A stretch of DNA of 64,000 nt, taken from assembly GCA_964057225.1 (NCBI GenBank), contig OZ059896.1, positions 12,772,001-12,836,000 of the forward strand, read 5' to 3'. Below the pieces are notes generated by a model. It had not been told where the DNA came from and ran no database searches. It was given only the letters and a program-made list of their open reading frames with translations. This DNA is from Auanema rhodensis. Lineage: Eukaryota > Animalia > Nematoda. Made by a program: the position numbers and the translations under genes. Shown here piece by piece: positions 23,744 through 35,409 of this stretch. Numbering within the stretch: the stretch's first letter is position 1; each line of letters starts with the position of its first letter.

Positions 23744-26700
23744 ATGCTACAACAAAGAATCATTGAACCATCAAACTCAATGACAACTAGTCCAGTAATT
23801 TTGGTGAAGAAGAAAGACAAAACTTACAGATTTGTAACGGACTTTCGAGCTCTGAATGCAATCACTCAGAAACAAGTATATGTCATATCAAACATACAGG
23901 ACATCCTAGATTTGGCCGCTGGAGCAAGGATCTTCAGCAACTTTGACTTAGTATCCGGATTTTTCCAAATACCTCTTAAGAAAGAAGATCGTCATCTTAC
24001 AGCTTTCACAACAACACGTGGAACTTACCAATATTGTCGAATGCCGATGGGATTATGTGGTTCACCCCATACTTTTCAAAACGCAGTACGATACCTGCAA
24101 TCAATGGTTAAATGCAAGCTATTCGTATATCTAGATGATTTACTATTAATCTCTGAATCTACGACAGCACATTTAAAAGATATCGAAGAAGTTTTGGAAG
24201 CAGTAACTCAAATAGGATTCAAAATAAAACTGAAGAAATGCGCATTCGCAAGAAAGGAAGTAAAATTTCTAGGATACATAGTTGGACAAGAAGGAATTAA
24301 ACCGGACCCACATAAAATCAAGGCAATACAAGATTATCCCCAACCAAAATCAACAACAGGAGTAAGAGCTTTCATGGGAGTAGTAAACTACTTCAGAAGG
24401 TTCATAAAGAACGCTGCAGGAATAGCAACACCACTCTACAACCTCACTCGGAAAGACACTCCGTTCAAATGGACAGAAGAAGAAGAAATTGCTTTTAATA
24501 CTTTGAAGAAAACATTGACTCAAGCACCTGTGTTACAAGCACCAATCCCGAAGCGACCATATGTTATTGAAAGTGATGGAAGTATGATAGCAGTTGGCGT
24601 TGTACTACTTCAAGCAAAAGACGATCAAGAGCCATTACATCCAATAGCTTTTGCTAGTCGGAAACTCAACAAAGCTGAAAGGAATTATCCACCAATAGAA
24701 GTAGAAGCATTAGCTCTTACATTCGCCGTCAAACAATTTCGCACCTACATACTAGGAACAGCAATCAAAATTATCACGGATCATAGACCACTTACTAGTT
24801 TAATGACTAGAAAAGATTTAATAGGTCGTTTAGCAAAATTTCAAATTGTTTTACAAGAATACGATATTGAAATTATCTACAGACCAGGAAAATTGAACAG
24901 TGTATGTGACGCATTATCACGATATTTTGAAGATGAAATCAACAAAGCAAAACCACCAGCAAAGAAGAAAAACAAAAGAAAAACGACGGAAGATACTATT
25001 CATCAGATAAACACCTTCACGATAGCAGATATTCGATCAGTTCAGAATCAATCGAATTGGATAAAAGAAACTATGGATAAAATGAAGAATAATACAGCAG
25101 GACGACAACTGACGGACAGATATATTGTGTACAACGATGTACTATACTCAAAACCAAAAACAAGCCTACAAGTACCACGAACAATTTTACCACGAGAAGA
25201 ACACATAATTAATCCAATTATGAAGAAATTTCATGAAGATCCGACACTCGGAGCTCATCTAGGAATAAACAAAACAATGGACTCAATATCAAGACGATTT
25301 ACATGGACTGGAATGCAAGAAGACACTACAAACTACATCAACAGATGTCTTGCTTGTGCGAAAAGAAAGAACAACCCTCACGAAGCAACGGTGGAACCAA
25401 TGAAAAATTTTCCAACATCAACAAAACCATGGCAAAGAGTACACATGGATATACTCGGACCATTGCCTAGGACAGAACAAGAAAACAGATATGTTCTTTC
25501 AATCCAAGATTCTTTTTCAAAATGGATAATCGCAATTCCGCTAATCAGACAAACATCAGAAGAAATTATATCAGCTATCGAAAAATATCTCTTCTATGTT
25601 TTTGGAGCACCTGTCACTATCATCACAGACAATGGATCTAATTTTATTTCAAACGATTTCACCACTATGTGCAGTAATTTTGGAACTACACACCACACTA
25701 CTATGCCGTATTACAAAAACGCTAACGGACAAGTAGAAAGATTACATCGGACGATCGAAGAAGCATTAACAGCCTACGTTAATGACGAACAAAACGATTG
25801 GGATAAGATACTTCCGAAGATTATTTTTACACTCAACAGATTACCAAACGCCACCACTAAAACATCACCATACAAATGTTTGTTTGGACAAGTAGCACGT
25901 CTACCCATTGACAAAAACTTGGAAACACCGGAAGAACAAAATATCACGGATCAGCTCAAAAACTTAAGAGATATTCAAGAAATAGTCAAGGAAAAGATTG
26001 CCACCAATGAAGAAAGAATGAAGCAGAAATACGATCAAGCACATAGGACAAAAGAAAGAATATTAGATATAGGAGATCGAGTATTTGTACAAAGAGCGAA
26101 CCCAAGCAACAAATTACAAATACGAAGAGATGGACCTTACCGGATAGTTACAATTGAAGGAAACAACATCAGCATAACGGATCAAGATGGAAATATCATA
26201 AAAGCTCACAAAAATAACATACGTTATTTTCCACCAGACGATAATCTTATATCAACAAGAAATAATGAAGAAAAGGAAGAAGAAGACCAAGACATAGCAA
26301 ACGAAGAAGAAGAAGAAGAAGAAGCAAGTTGGAATAATCTGGATGAATGGGAACAAACCAATAATACGGAAAATAACAACAACTGTTACCCAACAGGCAG
26401 TCCAGATACTCTCGCGCAACTGTTACCTATCACTGGGAATAACAGAGGAGTAAACGAAGAAGAAATTGAACATAATTCAGAAACACCTGACGACCTTGCT
26501 ACAGCAAGAAGAATAACAAATTCTAATATACAATTAGAAGATGAATCAACAACAATCGACGACAGAATTCAAGAGGACCTCAGACAGCTGACACCTTTCT
26601 CTCAAGAAGAAGGTTCTAATCAAAACTATATAGAAGATAATAACGCAAAAACATACGAAAAGCTACGAGATCAATTCAAGAATGAAAACAGAAAGGAACT

Positions 26701-26947
26701 ATTTGAGGACAGAAACAAAAACTCACCAACAATCAGAAATTGGAACACTACACTTGCCGCAGCACTAGGAATAGGAAATGAAAACTCACGCCCGTATCAT
26801 GTTAAACTACAACCCAAAAGAAAAACACAAGACGAAGAAATCAGGAATAATAGAGAATTGGAACTACATGGAAAAGCGGATCAAAGCAAAAAGCAGCAGA
26901 ATAAATCTCCAACGCAAAACAAAGGAGAACAAGTACGAAACTTTTAA
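23744..26947 (+). CDS. pol: RT-RNase H-integrase of element B, with a long acidic C-terminal tail
   Basis: YLDD, ESDGS, TDH, H..H..CLAC, HMDILGP/TDNGSNF/NGQVER, DGPY; RT-RH-IN order with Gypsy-type motifs. Confidence 0.93.
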   Translation: MLQQRIIEPSNSMTTSPVILVKKKDKTYRFVTDFRALNAITQKQVYVISNIQDILDLAAGARIFSNFDLVSGFFQIPLKKEDRHLTAFTTTRGTYQYCRMPMGLCGSPHTFQNAVRYLQSMVKCKLFVYLDDLLLISESTTAHLKDIEEVLEAVTQIGFKIKLKKCAFARKEVKFLGYIVGQEGIKPDPHKIKAIQDYPQPKSTTGVRAFMGVVNYFRRFIKNAAGIATPLYNLTRKDTPFKWTEEEEIAFNTLKKTLTQAPVLQAPIPKRPYVIESDGSMIAVGVVLLQAKDDQEPLHPIAFASRKLNKAERNYPPIEVEALALTFAVKQFRTYILGTAIKIITDHRPLTSLMTRKDLIGRLAKFQIVLQEYDIEIIYRPGKLNSVCDALSRYFEDEINKAKPPAKKKNKRKTTEDTIHQINTFTIADIRSVQNQSNWIKETMDKMKNNTAGRQLTDRYIVYNDVLYSKPKTSLQVPRTILPREEHIINPIMKKFHEDPTLGAHLGINKTMDSISRRFTWTGMQEDTTNYINRCLACAKRKNNPHEATVEPMKNFPTSTKPWQRVHMDILGPLPRTEQENRYVLSIQDSFSKWIIAIPLIRQTSEEIISAIEKYLFYVFGAPVTIITDNGSNFISNDFTTMCSNFGTTHHTTMPYYKNANGQVERLHRTIEEALTAYVNDEQNDWDKILPKIIFTLNRLPNATTKTSPYKCLFGQVARLPIDKNLETPEEQNITDQLKNLRDIQEIVKEKIATNEERMKQKYDQAHRTKERILDIGDRVFVQRANPSNKLQIRRDGPYRIVTIEGNNISITDQDGNIIKAHKNNIRYFPPDDNLISTRNNEEKEEEDQDIANEEEEEEEASWNNLDEWEQTNNTENNNNCYPTGSPDTLAQLLPITGNNRGVNEEEIEHNSETPDDLATARRITNSNIQLEDESTTIDDRIQEDLRQLTPFSQEEGSNQNYIEDNNAKTYEKLRDQFKNENRKELFEDRNKNSPTIRNWNTTLAAALGIGNENSRPYHVKLQPKRKTQDEEIRNNRELELHGKADQSKKQQNKSPTQNKGEQVRNF

Positions 26948-27168
26948 TTAACTAACAAAAATCGTAGAATTGTATAAATAATTTTTCTTTCTCTCGTATA
27001 GTACATTAAACATAAGATATAGATCAAAAACCACCGAAATTCTAATTTCTATCCTTTAATTTTAACAAATTGTAACAATTACGCAAAAAAATGTAAAAAA
27101 TGCAAAAACAAATTATATAAAGAGAAAAATTTTGATAGAGAAAAATTCAAAAACACTTTTTACTCAAA

Positions 27169-27813
27169 ATGACCTCCTCTCTCGCCAACGTCACACTCTC
27201 TACATTCCTCGCAACTCCAACACCACTGGTCCCTCTAGCGACCACTATTGAGCAAGAATGGATAGAGGTAGAAAACCTTCGCGAAGGTCTTCTACCTATC
27301 AACTGCATGAAGCCGAACTTAGGACCTATAATAAGCCTCCAAACGAGCAAATTGGAAAAGAAGACACAGCACATCCTATTTATGATGGAACTATTGGAGG
27401 AGAAAACCAAAAATTATAAGGAAAACGATCTGAAGGAGCTTCGCCAGCATCAAAAGAAATGGACAGAAGGATGTTCTCTCAGCCAGAAAGAGAACAGAAT
27501 CCGACACATAATGCTGGGACAACCCGCCAGAACGCAGACCACAGCTGACATCTACAAAGCAATGCCGACTTGGACAACACAGATGACACAACAAGCTGTA
27601 GGAAATAGCGGAACCGAAAAAGAAGCATCGTGGATAGAGATAGGGCAAGACTTATCAGTAGTAATCAAAAAACTACTGACAAAAAAGACTACCAACATGT
27701 CCACATCAAAAAGAAAGGCAAAAGCAGTTAGCCAAACCATCAAAACAATGGAGCTGCTTGGACTAGCATCAATGACAGAAATGATCCAGGAAATTGACCA
27801 ACTGGCGGATTAA
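27169..27813 (+). CDS. Accessory 214-aa ORF between pol and the 3' LTR of element B, unknown function
   Basis: AAAATG start; intact ORF between AT-rich flanks; same A-rich codon usage as the element. Confidence 0.6.
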   Translation: MTSSLANVTLSTFLATPTPLVPLATTIEQEWIEVENLREGLLPINCMKPNLGPIISLQTSKLEKKTQHILFMMELLEEKTKNYKENDLKELRQHQKKWTEGCSLSQKENRIRHIMLGQPARTQTTADIYKAMPTWTTQMTQQAVGNSGTEKEASWIEIGQDLSVVIKKLLTKKTTNMSTSKRKAKAVSQTIKTMELLGLASMTEMIQEIDQLAD

Positions 27814-27977
27814 AGAAGAGAGGAAAGTTTTAAATCATTTATAAAATTCTATCTCTTAAAATTTTTCTCTTTATCAATAGTTTGTTGAAAAATTTGTTTT
27901 TATTTTTTTTATTTTTCTCTCTTAATTATTATTTGCATATAACAGCTGAGGTCAGCTGACTTGTATCCGTTGGGGCA

Positions 27978-28396
27978 TGTTACATACAAATCTCAAAGGA
28001 AAGCAGCTGACCATGGCAGCTGCTATTATAAAACTAATGCAGATAGTTTTTAAGCAAATCTGAGAATATTCTAGATGCACTTTTTATAAGCTTTGTAATA
28101 TTTTGTGTAAACTGAGTAGGAGTTGCATGGATATATAAACCTGAGTCCTCAAGACTCAGGCATCTCATTATCTTATTTTCTCTTTATCTCATCATCATTT
28201 CTTTATATTCTCTTTCTTAACTCTAGCTTAAATCTTTGTATAATTATATTATAATGCGAACAATAAACCTTTATATATCTCATCTCTTGTTTCTTATTTC
28301 ATCTTACATTACACACTTATATTTAAAATCATACTCATCTTCTCATAGTCTGTTTGGATCTCTCAACTTGGAACCATTGAGAATCTAAATGGAACG
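27978..28396 (+). repeat. 3' LTR of element B
   Basis: TGTTAC...GGAACG, preceded by TTGGGGCA. Confidence 0.95.
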
Positions 28397-29388
28397 AGTT
28401 AAGATGAAAGTTCATAAACTACTGGTTTATAAATGTAATATAAAAATAAGATTGAAGATATTTTGATGCCTTGGGTTGAGCTATCTAAGTAAAACTGCTG
28501 GAAAATTAAAAACATTTGTTACGGAAGAGATAAAATTGAAAATCAGCTGCATGGCGTTCTTTCAACGTGGCATGATCTTACAAAAAATTGAATCAATTTT
28601 GTCTTTTAAGATACATACTTTTAGCTAGTCTCTCTATGTATTATGAATGTTAACCCATTCTCAAAAAACAGGGGAGTTGTTCAAATCAGATAAGTGATCT
28701 GACCTCTTTTTTTACGTTTACCAGGTGCGGTGGAACATATAATAAAGTCGAGCCCGTTCTGGTAAGAAGAGGTAACTGTCACCTGGTTCGTATGGCTAAT
28801 GCCTATAAAAACTATGGTGAAGTAACAGTGTAGCAAAGAAGGGAGCGAGGATGTGGTTGGAACAAAACAATTGACACATAAAGTAACTTAGCTATAAAAA
28901 GTTATAAAAAACATATTGAGACAATAATTCAAAAATAGGACGCTAGACAAATATAGTACAAAAATGAGAAAAATAAATTTAATGATTGTTAAGAAAAACT
29001 TGAAGATGTTTACGGAAGTTGACAGCTTTTTCAAGATTGAAAATGTTCTCTGAATTGAGTTCCAAGTGTCAATGCCTCTGTACTCAATACCTCTTCTGGT
29101 TTGAGTTTTCCGGAGGTTGGGATGCTCAACACTTCATTCATGTCGCCTCAGGGAGTGTGTGTACTTTTTGAGCTGAAGAATATCCAAACTATTATCTGAA
29201 GTAGGCGACTTTTTTTGGTTAAAATAAAAAATCAAATCAAAAACGAGTCTTCTGAAAAATAACTTTTGACCTACTAATAAAGAAAGTTGATTTTCATAGT
29301 TTATTTTAGATCCAGAGCGCATGAAAACTGCGCGCAAAAACTTTTTCTGGACGTATTCGATCTGGTCCTTGTCTTTAGAATCCTGTGG

Positions 29389-30864
29389 TTACCAAATAAT
29401 GGTAGCATATTCTAGAATCGGTCGTATATAAGTGCAAAAAAGATTATACATTAGAAAAGGTGATTTGGAGTAAAAACAACGTAAAATTATTCGACATTTC
29501 CGTGCCGCTTCGCTTGTAATTTTGTTTATGTGGTTTGAAAAAGAAAGATTAGAGTTTGTTAAAACTCGTAGATCTTTGTAGCAGTCTACTAAAGATAAGT
29601 TATTGTCACCGAAGGTGAAAGCAATATTTTCGGGATGACGGATCGACTTACTTGATATTACCATTATTTTAGATTTAGAAGTGTTGACGGCCATTCCGTT
29701 GGAGTTGCACCATAGTTCTAATTGATCAAGAGCACGTTGTAGACTGGTAGGGTTAGTACTGTACAGTTTCAAATCGTCTGCATAGAGAATAGATTTAACA
29801 TCAGCAGGAAAACTTGATGTCATATCATTGATGTAAAACAAAAACAACAAAGGACCAAGTACTGTACCTTGTGGTACACCACAAGTGAGTTGTACAGGTG
29901 GTGATAAAATATTATTGACCATAACTGAAAAAGACCTACCAGAAATAAAACTTTGGAGAAAATAATAAAGTGGGCCCTTGATTCCTATAGAGTTGAGCTT
30001 TGAAAAAAGAGTAAAATGGTTTATAAGATCGAAAGCTTTTGAAAAATCAATAAAAGCTACGAAAACCGGAATATTGCAGTCCAATGAAGACCTAAAGAAA
30101 ATGTGGCTACTGAGAATAGCAGAAACAGTGTTTCTTTTAGGAAGAAAGGCGTGTTGATTTGTTGATATCGCACCATTAGAAATACCGAAATTTAAAAGTG
30201 GAGTACGTATGATACGCTCAAAAACTTTTGAAAGAATGGAAGTGAGTGAAATTGGGCGGTAGTTACCTGGATCATCAGATTTGCCTGTCTTGAAAATGGG
30301 ACGAATCCAGGCTAATTTCCAATCGGAAGGACAAGTAGCGGAAACCAGCAAATTGTGAAAAATAAAAGCTAATGGATTAGCTAAGGAAAAAGCACACTGT
30401 TTGAGAAAATAGAATGGAATGCCATCCGGGGACGTAGAAACTCTGAGTGGTAGATTTTGAAGAGTTTTGTAGACTAAATCAGGTGTTATGTCTATAAAAT
30501 CAATGGTATGATTGTGTGTGAAAGAAGGAGCGGGTGTGTGAGTTGTTTCTGGATAGACCAGTGAAGAAACAGTGAAAACATTAGCGAATGCTGACACTTT
30601 ACCGACATCTGAAGAAACTGTCTCATTATTGACAGTGAGGTTGGGAACGTCCGATGTATTACCATTTAATCGGGATTTACAAAAACGATAGAAAAGTTTA
30701 GGATTTTTTAAAGCAGCGATACGCTCTTCTTCTGAAGCACATTTGATTTTTATGAGTTTGTCCAATTTGACTGAAAGATTTTTCCGATGGATTTCGTCAG
30801 ATGAGTATAAAGAACAACTTAGCCTGTTTATATAGTTTCTGAGTTTTATAATGTCACGATCCAC
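29389..30864 (-). pseudogene. LINE reverse transcriptase (ORF2 fragment)
   Basis: Canonical non-LTR RT motifs; disrupted on both sides. Confidence 0.9.
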
Positions 30865-31124
30865 TTTTTTATTTTTCCTTGGTTGTTTTTTAGGAACAAA
30901 AGTATTAATGATTGAGTGTAAAATAGAAATGAATCTAGAATAAGATTGGAGTGGAGTAAAGCCTGAAAGTTGAGAACAGAAATCAATGTTGGCTAGTTGC
31001 CTATTGATGAGCTCATAGTCCGCCAGAAGAAAATTCCGTTCCGTTGAAGTGGAAAGGAGTGTGGATTGAACACTACGTGAATTTTGGATTTGTAAACTCT
31101 GCCCTTTTGAAAGTATCTGGAAAG

Positions 31125-31802
31125 TTATTGAAAATGGTCAGAAGCTCCTAGAGGAGCAGAACGGTTGATGTTGTTGATACATTCGACGTTGTTTGTAATG
31201 ATATAGTCAAGAGTATTTTCACCTCTTGTAGGGAAATGGACCAGCTGGTTAAGACAATTGTGATTGAGAAATTTAAGTAAAATTTTACTCGAAGGAGTAG
31301 GTTGAGAACACATACCAAGATCCCAGTTTATTTTAGGAAAATTAAGGTCACCTGTGAGAAAAAGAGTCCGATTAAATAAATGATTCTGAAGATCACAAAG
31401 GTAATTGGAAAAATCTGAATGTGATGATGATGGGGAACGATAACAAACAGAGAAAATAGAATTAAAAGAAGTAATGAGGATATTTATAAATTGAATGGTG
31501 GATGAGTTAGGGGAACAAGAAAGGAAAGAAAAAGTAATGTGTTTTTTAATAAAGAGTAAAACACCACCTCCACGTGAGTAACACCTATCAGCCCTAAGGA
31601 TATTATAGGTGTCACCTAACGGTAGAAGATTGGTGTTAAACTGAGGGTAAAGCCAAGATTCTGATATAGCAATTATATCAGGAGCTTTAGGAAAAATGAT
31701 AATTGGAAGAAGATGGAGTTTGTTGTGAGTGGAGTGAGAGACGTAGACAGGTGTTGATATGGACGTTGAATTAACGAAAGGATACGTTATCGGACAAAAC
31801 AA
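31125..31802 (-). pseudogene. LINE apurinic-like endonuclease (ORF2 fragment)
   Basis: SESWL, RGGGV, YRSP, GDLN, LDY, SDH. Confidence 0.88.
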
Positions 31803-33143
31803 CGGAAGATGGTGCGGAAGGACTACTCATAGATCTGGTATTTGGTCCAGTTGATTTAGCTGAGCGAGGCGGATTTTTTCTCCTCCTTGGACTTATAGAA
31901 TGATTTTTGTTGGTCGATACAAATACCTCTCTTTCATTAGACCGACTGGATCTACCAGATTTACGAGGGGGGCTAGAAATAATAGAAGAAACAGGCTTTG
32001 AAGTGGTACTGTGGTCAAAATCAACTCCTGAAGGGATTTCAAGTTGTTGAGTGTCCGCAGAGACAGAGAGAGTGTTAATGGCATGCAAAGTAGAATCGGT
32101 GGATTTACGAAGAACCTCAATAATTTTGAGATCGCGCACAAGGAAAATGCTTTTAGTGTTGTTATCGTTTTTGATCTTAGCTTCATTTCGCAATTTTTTT
32201 TCCAGTTCGATCTCGAACGGAAGATAATCTCGCCGCAAAAACGTTTTTGAAAGAGAGTCAAAGCATTTTGACTTATTAGACTTTATAACTTTGATAATTT
32301 CATCACGTAAATCAACCGATGGACATGTAATGATAAGAGGATCAGGGAAATTAGATTTAAGAGTGGAACAAAAAAGAGCTCTTTTGGCACGGTAAAGGTA
32401 CTTTGTCTCCTCTGATCGTAGTTTTTGAAAATGGCATGCCACATTTAAATGAGAAGAAGTTGAAGCAGAAATAGAATTAGGGTTAGTAACGGTTTGAAAA
32501 GAAGAGATAGTTTGCTCTAATTTATCTAAACGGGATTTGAAATCCGTTTCAATAAATTTCAAGCGAGCCTCATGTGACGTGATGCTGGTTTTCATACAAT
32601 TGAGCTCATTTTTTATATCATTAGACAATTTTGAGAAAGAGTTTTCGAGAGATTTGAAAAATTTTGAAGAGCATTTGTAAGAAAATCATTAGTCACATAA
32701 GACATGATAAAATGAAATAGAAAAAATAGTAAAGTGAAAAAATAAGATAATAAAAGGAAATGAAAAGCGAGTAAGAAAAAACAAAAGAAAGAGCGTACCT
32801 TGACAAAACCAGTCCGACAAAAAATCCTCGACAGAAACAGATCCAAACAGCTAAAGGTCAACTGACTAGCGGGAGGTCGATGACGAGCGGGAGGTCGATT
32901 TACATACTTATCCTCGTTATTGTTTTTTTTCCAATTTCATGTTAGTTATGTAATTTTTAATAAATTAAAAAAGGTTTCACAGTTGTATAGTGTTTAAACA
33001 ATGTTTGTTTCAATAGGAAGTAGATAGAAACAGTAAAGTTAAGATGAAGGTTCATAAACTACTGGTTTATAAATGTAAAAAAAATTGAAAATCAGCTGCA
33101 TGGCGTTCTTTCAACGTGGCATGATCGTTAAAAAAATTTGAAA

Positions 33144-33257
33144 AGCTTACGGCACCCGGGATTCCCAAGCCGTCTCCGATCCAAGTACTAACCGGGCCCA
33201 ACGTTGCTTGACTTGCCAGATCGGACGGGATGGCGTACTTTCAACGTGGTATGGTCG
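33144..33257 (-). rRNA. 5S: 5S rRNA gene lacking its first about 5 nt (probable pseudogene)
   Basis: Minus strand CGACCATACCACGTTGAAAGTACGCCATCCCGTCCGATCTGGCAAG..AGTACTTGGATCGGAGACGG..GTAAGCTTTT; nematode-type 5S with a T-run terminator. Confidence 0.95.
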
Positions 33258-33626
33258 GAAATTTTCATTAATGTATAATTCAAACTGTAATTTCTTGTGA
33301 TCAGATTGTTAATCGTTATATCTGTAAACGTTTCTCGCAAAATAGTAAGTAGAGTGTTCAGTTGTGCCCACTCAACAAAGAAAGTAGAAGAACACATATA
33401 TTTAGAGCAAAAAATATGCGGAATAGGCGTTATCTCGTTAACATCAGTTTCACTGCCCAAAACTCTGTTTCTTAATGTCCGAGGTCATATGATGAATTCT
33501 AATTCCGCACTTAGTTGATGAAAATCGAACAAGATTCTTCTCAATTGACCACAACTACAGCACCAAACTTGGATAACTACAATCAGCTGAGTTCAAACTT
33601 CGAGAAAGTTAAAGACAGATTACAGT

Positions 33627-33698
33627 GGTTCCGTGGTGTAGTGGTTAGCACTCAGGACTCTGAATGCTGCGACCCGAGTTCAAATCTCGGTGGAACCT
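33627..33698 (+). tRNA. tRNA-Gln(CTG) with one anticodon-stem mismatch
   Basis: 72-nt copy; aatgctg instead of aatcctg. Confidence 0.8.
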
Positions 33699-34585
33699 TC
33701 AAGTTTTGCATTTTGTTTTGGCCGATATATGTTTCACAGATTCTCTTCAGTTTTTGTCTGGAACTTTGAGTCTTCGAAAATGAATATTTACTACACTAGC
33801 AAGCAGAAGAAAACCTTATACTAGTTCATTGTTTCTTTTAATTTTATTCGGTATATTCATTTTTTCACTGTCAAATCGGCAAGCACATGCTGCACATGTG
33901 CGAGCTATTCGAGTAACCGATGCCCAAACAAGCCACGTTTAGAAAATAAGGCTGACATAACACGTTTTTTACTCCCACCCAGATTGATTGCTCTAGAGAC
34001 ATTTCTGTCTTATCTTATTATATTCTCTACTTTGATTTTTTTAAATTTTCATTAATGTATAATTCAAAATGTAATTTCTTGTGATCAGATTGTTAATCGT
34101 TATATCTGTGAACGTTTCTCTCGAAATAGCAAGTAGAGTGTTCAGTTGTACCCACTTAACAAAGAAAGTAGAAGAACATATATATTTAGAGCAAAAAAAG
34201 TGCGGAAAAGTTGTTATCTCGTTAACATCAGTTTCACTGCCCAAAACTCTGTTTCTTAATGTCCGAGGTCATATGATGATATCTAATTTTGCATTCATCA
34301 ATCTGGGTAGGAGTAAAAAACGTGTTATGTCAGCCTCATATTCTAAACGTGGCTTGTTTGGGCATTGGTTACTCGAATAGCTCGCACATGTGCAGCATGT
34401 GCTTGCCGATTTGACAGTGAAAAAAGAAATATACCGAAAAAAATTAAAAGAAACAATGAACTAGTATAAGGTTTTCTTCTGCTTGCTAGTGTAGTAAATA
34501 TTCATTTTCGAAGACTCAAAGTTCCAGAAAAAAATTAAAGAGAATCTGTGAAACATATATCGGTCAAAAAAAATGCAAAACTTGA

Positions 34586-34656
34586 AGGTTCTACCGAGAT
34601 TTGAACTGGGTCGCAGGATTCAGAGTCCTGAGTGCTAACCACTACACCACGGAACC
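34586..34656 (-). tRNA. tRNA-Gln(CTG) probable pseudogene
   Basis: Inverted copy with a T-stem deletion and an acceptor-stem mismatch. Confidence 0.75.
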
Positions 34657-35409
34657 ACTGTAATCTGTCTTTAACTTTCTCGAAGTTTGAACTCAGCTGA
34701 TTGTAGTTATCCAAGTTTGGTGCTGTAGTTGTGGTCAATTGAGAAGAATCTTGTTCGATTTTCATCACATAAAAATAAGAGAAAAAATCACACAAATCTC
34801 TTTCCTCATGAGGATGAAATAGTAATAACACAAAACGACATGTTGCCACGAGGAACATGGAAACTAGGTCGCATCATTGAAACAATCACTAGTTCAGATG
34901 GCAACATACGTTCAGCAAAAGTTGCAACAAGCAATGGAAACATAATTATTCGATCCATGAATCAGCTCTATCCACTAGAGATAAGATGCAACACTAACAG
35001 CAACAAAATCATAGAAGACAACTCACACATAGTCTAAGAAAATAATAGCTCAACAGATCAACAGAGAATACCACATACTGATACTGTATTATGCTCAACA
35101 GATCAACAGAGAATACCACATACTGATACTGTATTAGACAATATACTTTCCGATCATCCTATAGAACATACAGATATAAACAATACATGAGAATGAAGAC
35201 ATAAATGATGTTAGCCATAATTACGATATTGCATATGAATCAGATAACTCTCAACATGATAATACATACACTCAGAAACAGAGAATAATGAGGATGCAAC
35301 AAATAATCGACCTCGAAATAAGACAAAACAATCATCAGTAAAAACAGCAAAATATACAGAACAAGATGATGTCACTGAGAAGGAAATTATAAAAGCCTTC
35401 CCAATAAAA

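Larger units (their letters stand above)
14518..28396 (+). mobile_element. Element B: full-length but rearranged Ty3/Gypsy gag-env-pol element with 419-bp LTRs and AGTT TSD
   Basis: LTRs 14518-14936 and 27978-28396 (about 9 differences by eye). TSD at 14514-14517 and 28397-28400. The flanks rejoin into the 5S spacer seen near 9251. Confidence 0.95.
28970..32898 (-). mobile_element. Non-LTR retrotransposon (CR1-like LINE): ORF1 plus APE-RT ORF2, degenerate; 3' end uncertain (may extend to about 28595)
   Basis: ORF1 about 31771-32705; IIAISESWL, GDLNFP, LDY and SDH endonuclease motifs; YRPISLTS, DFSKAFD, GVPQGTVLGP, YADD, RPILEY. Confidence 0.92.
33258..34767. repeat. tRNA-Gln repeat: forward 33258-34293, inverted segment about 34297-34767
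   Basis: Matches the repeat unit directly, then as reverse complement. Confidence 0.92.

Noticed and set aside
28595-28970. Unassigned segment with an ACCAGGTG...CACCTGGT inverted repeat
   Set aside because: No recognisable ribozyme or ncRNA core; most simply the LINE 3' UTR.
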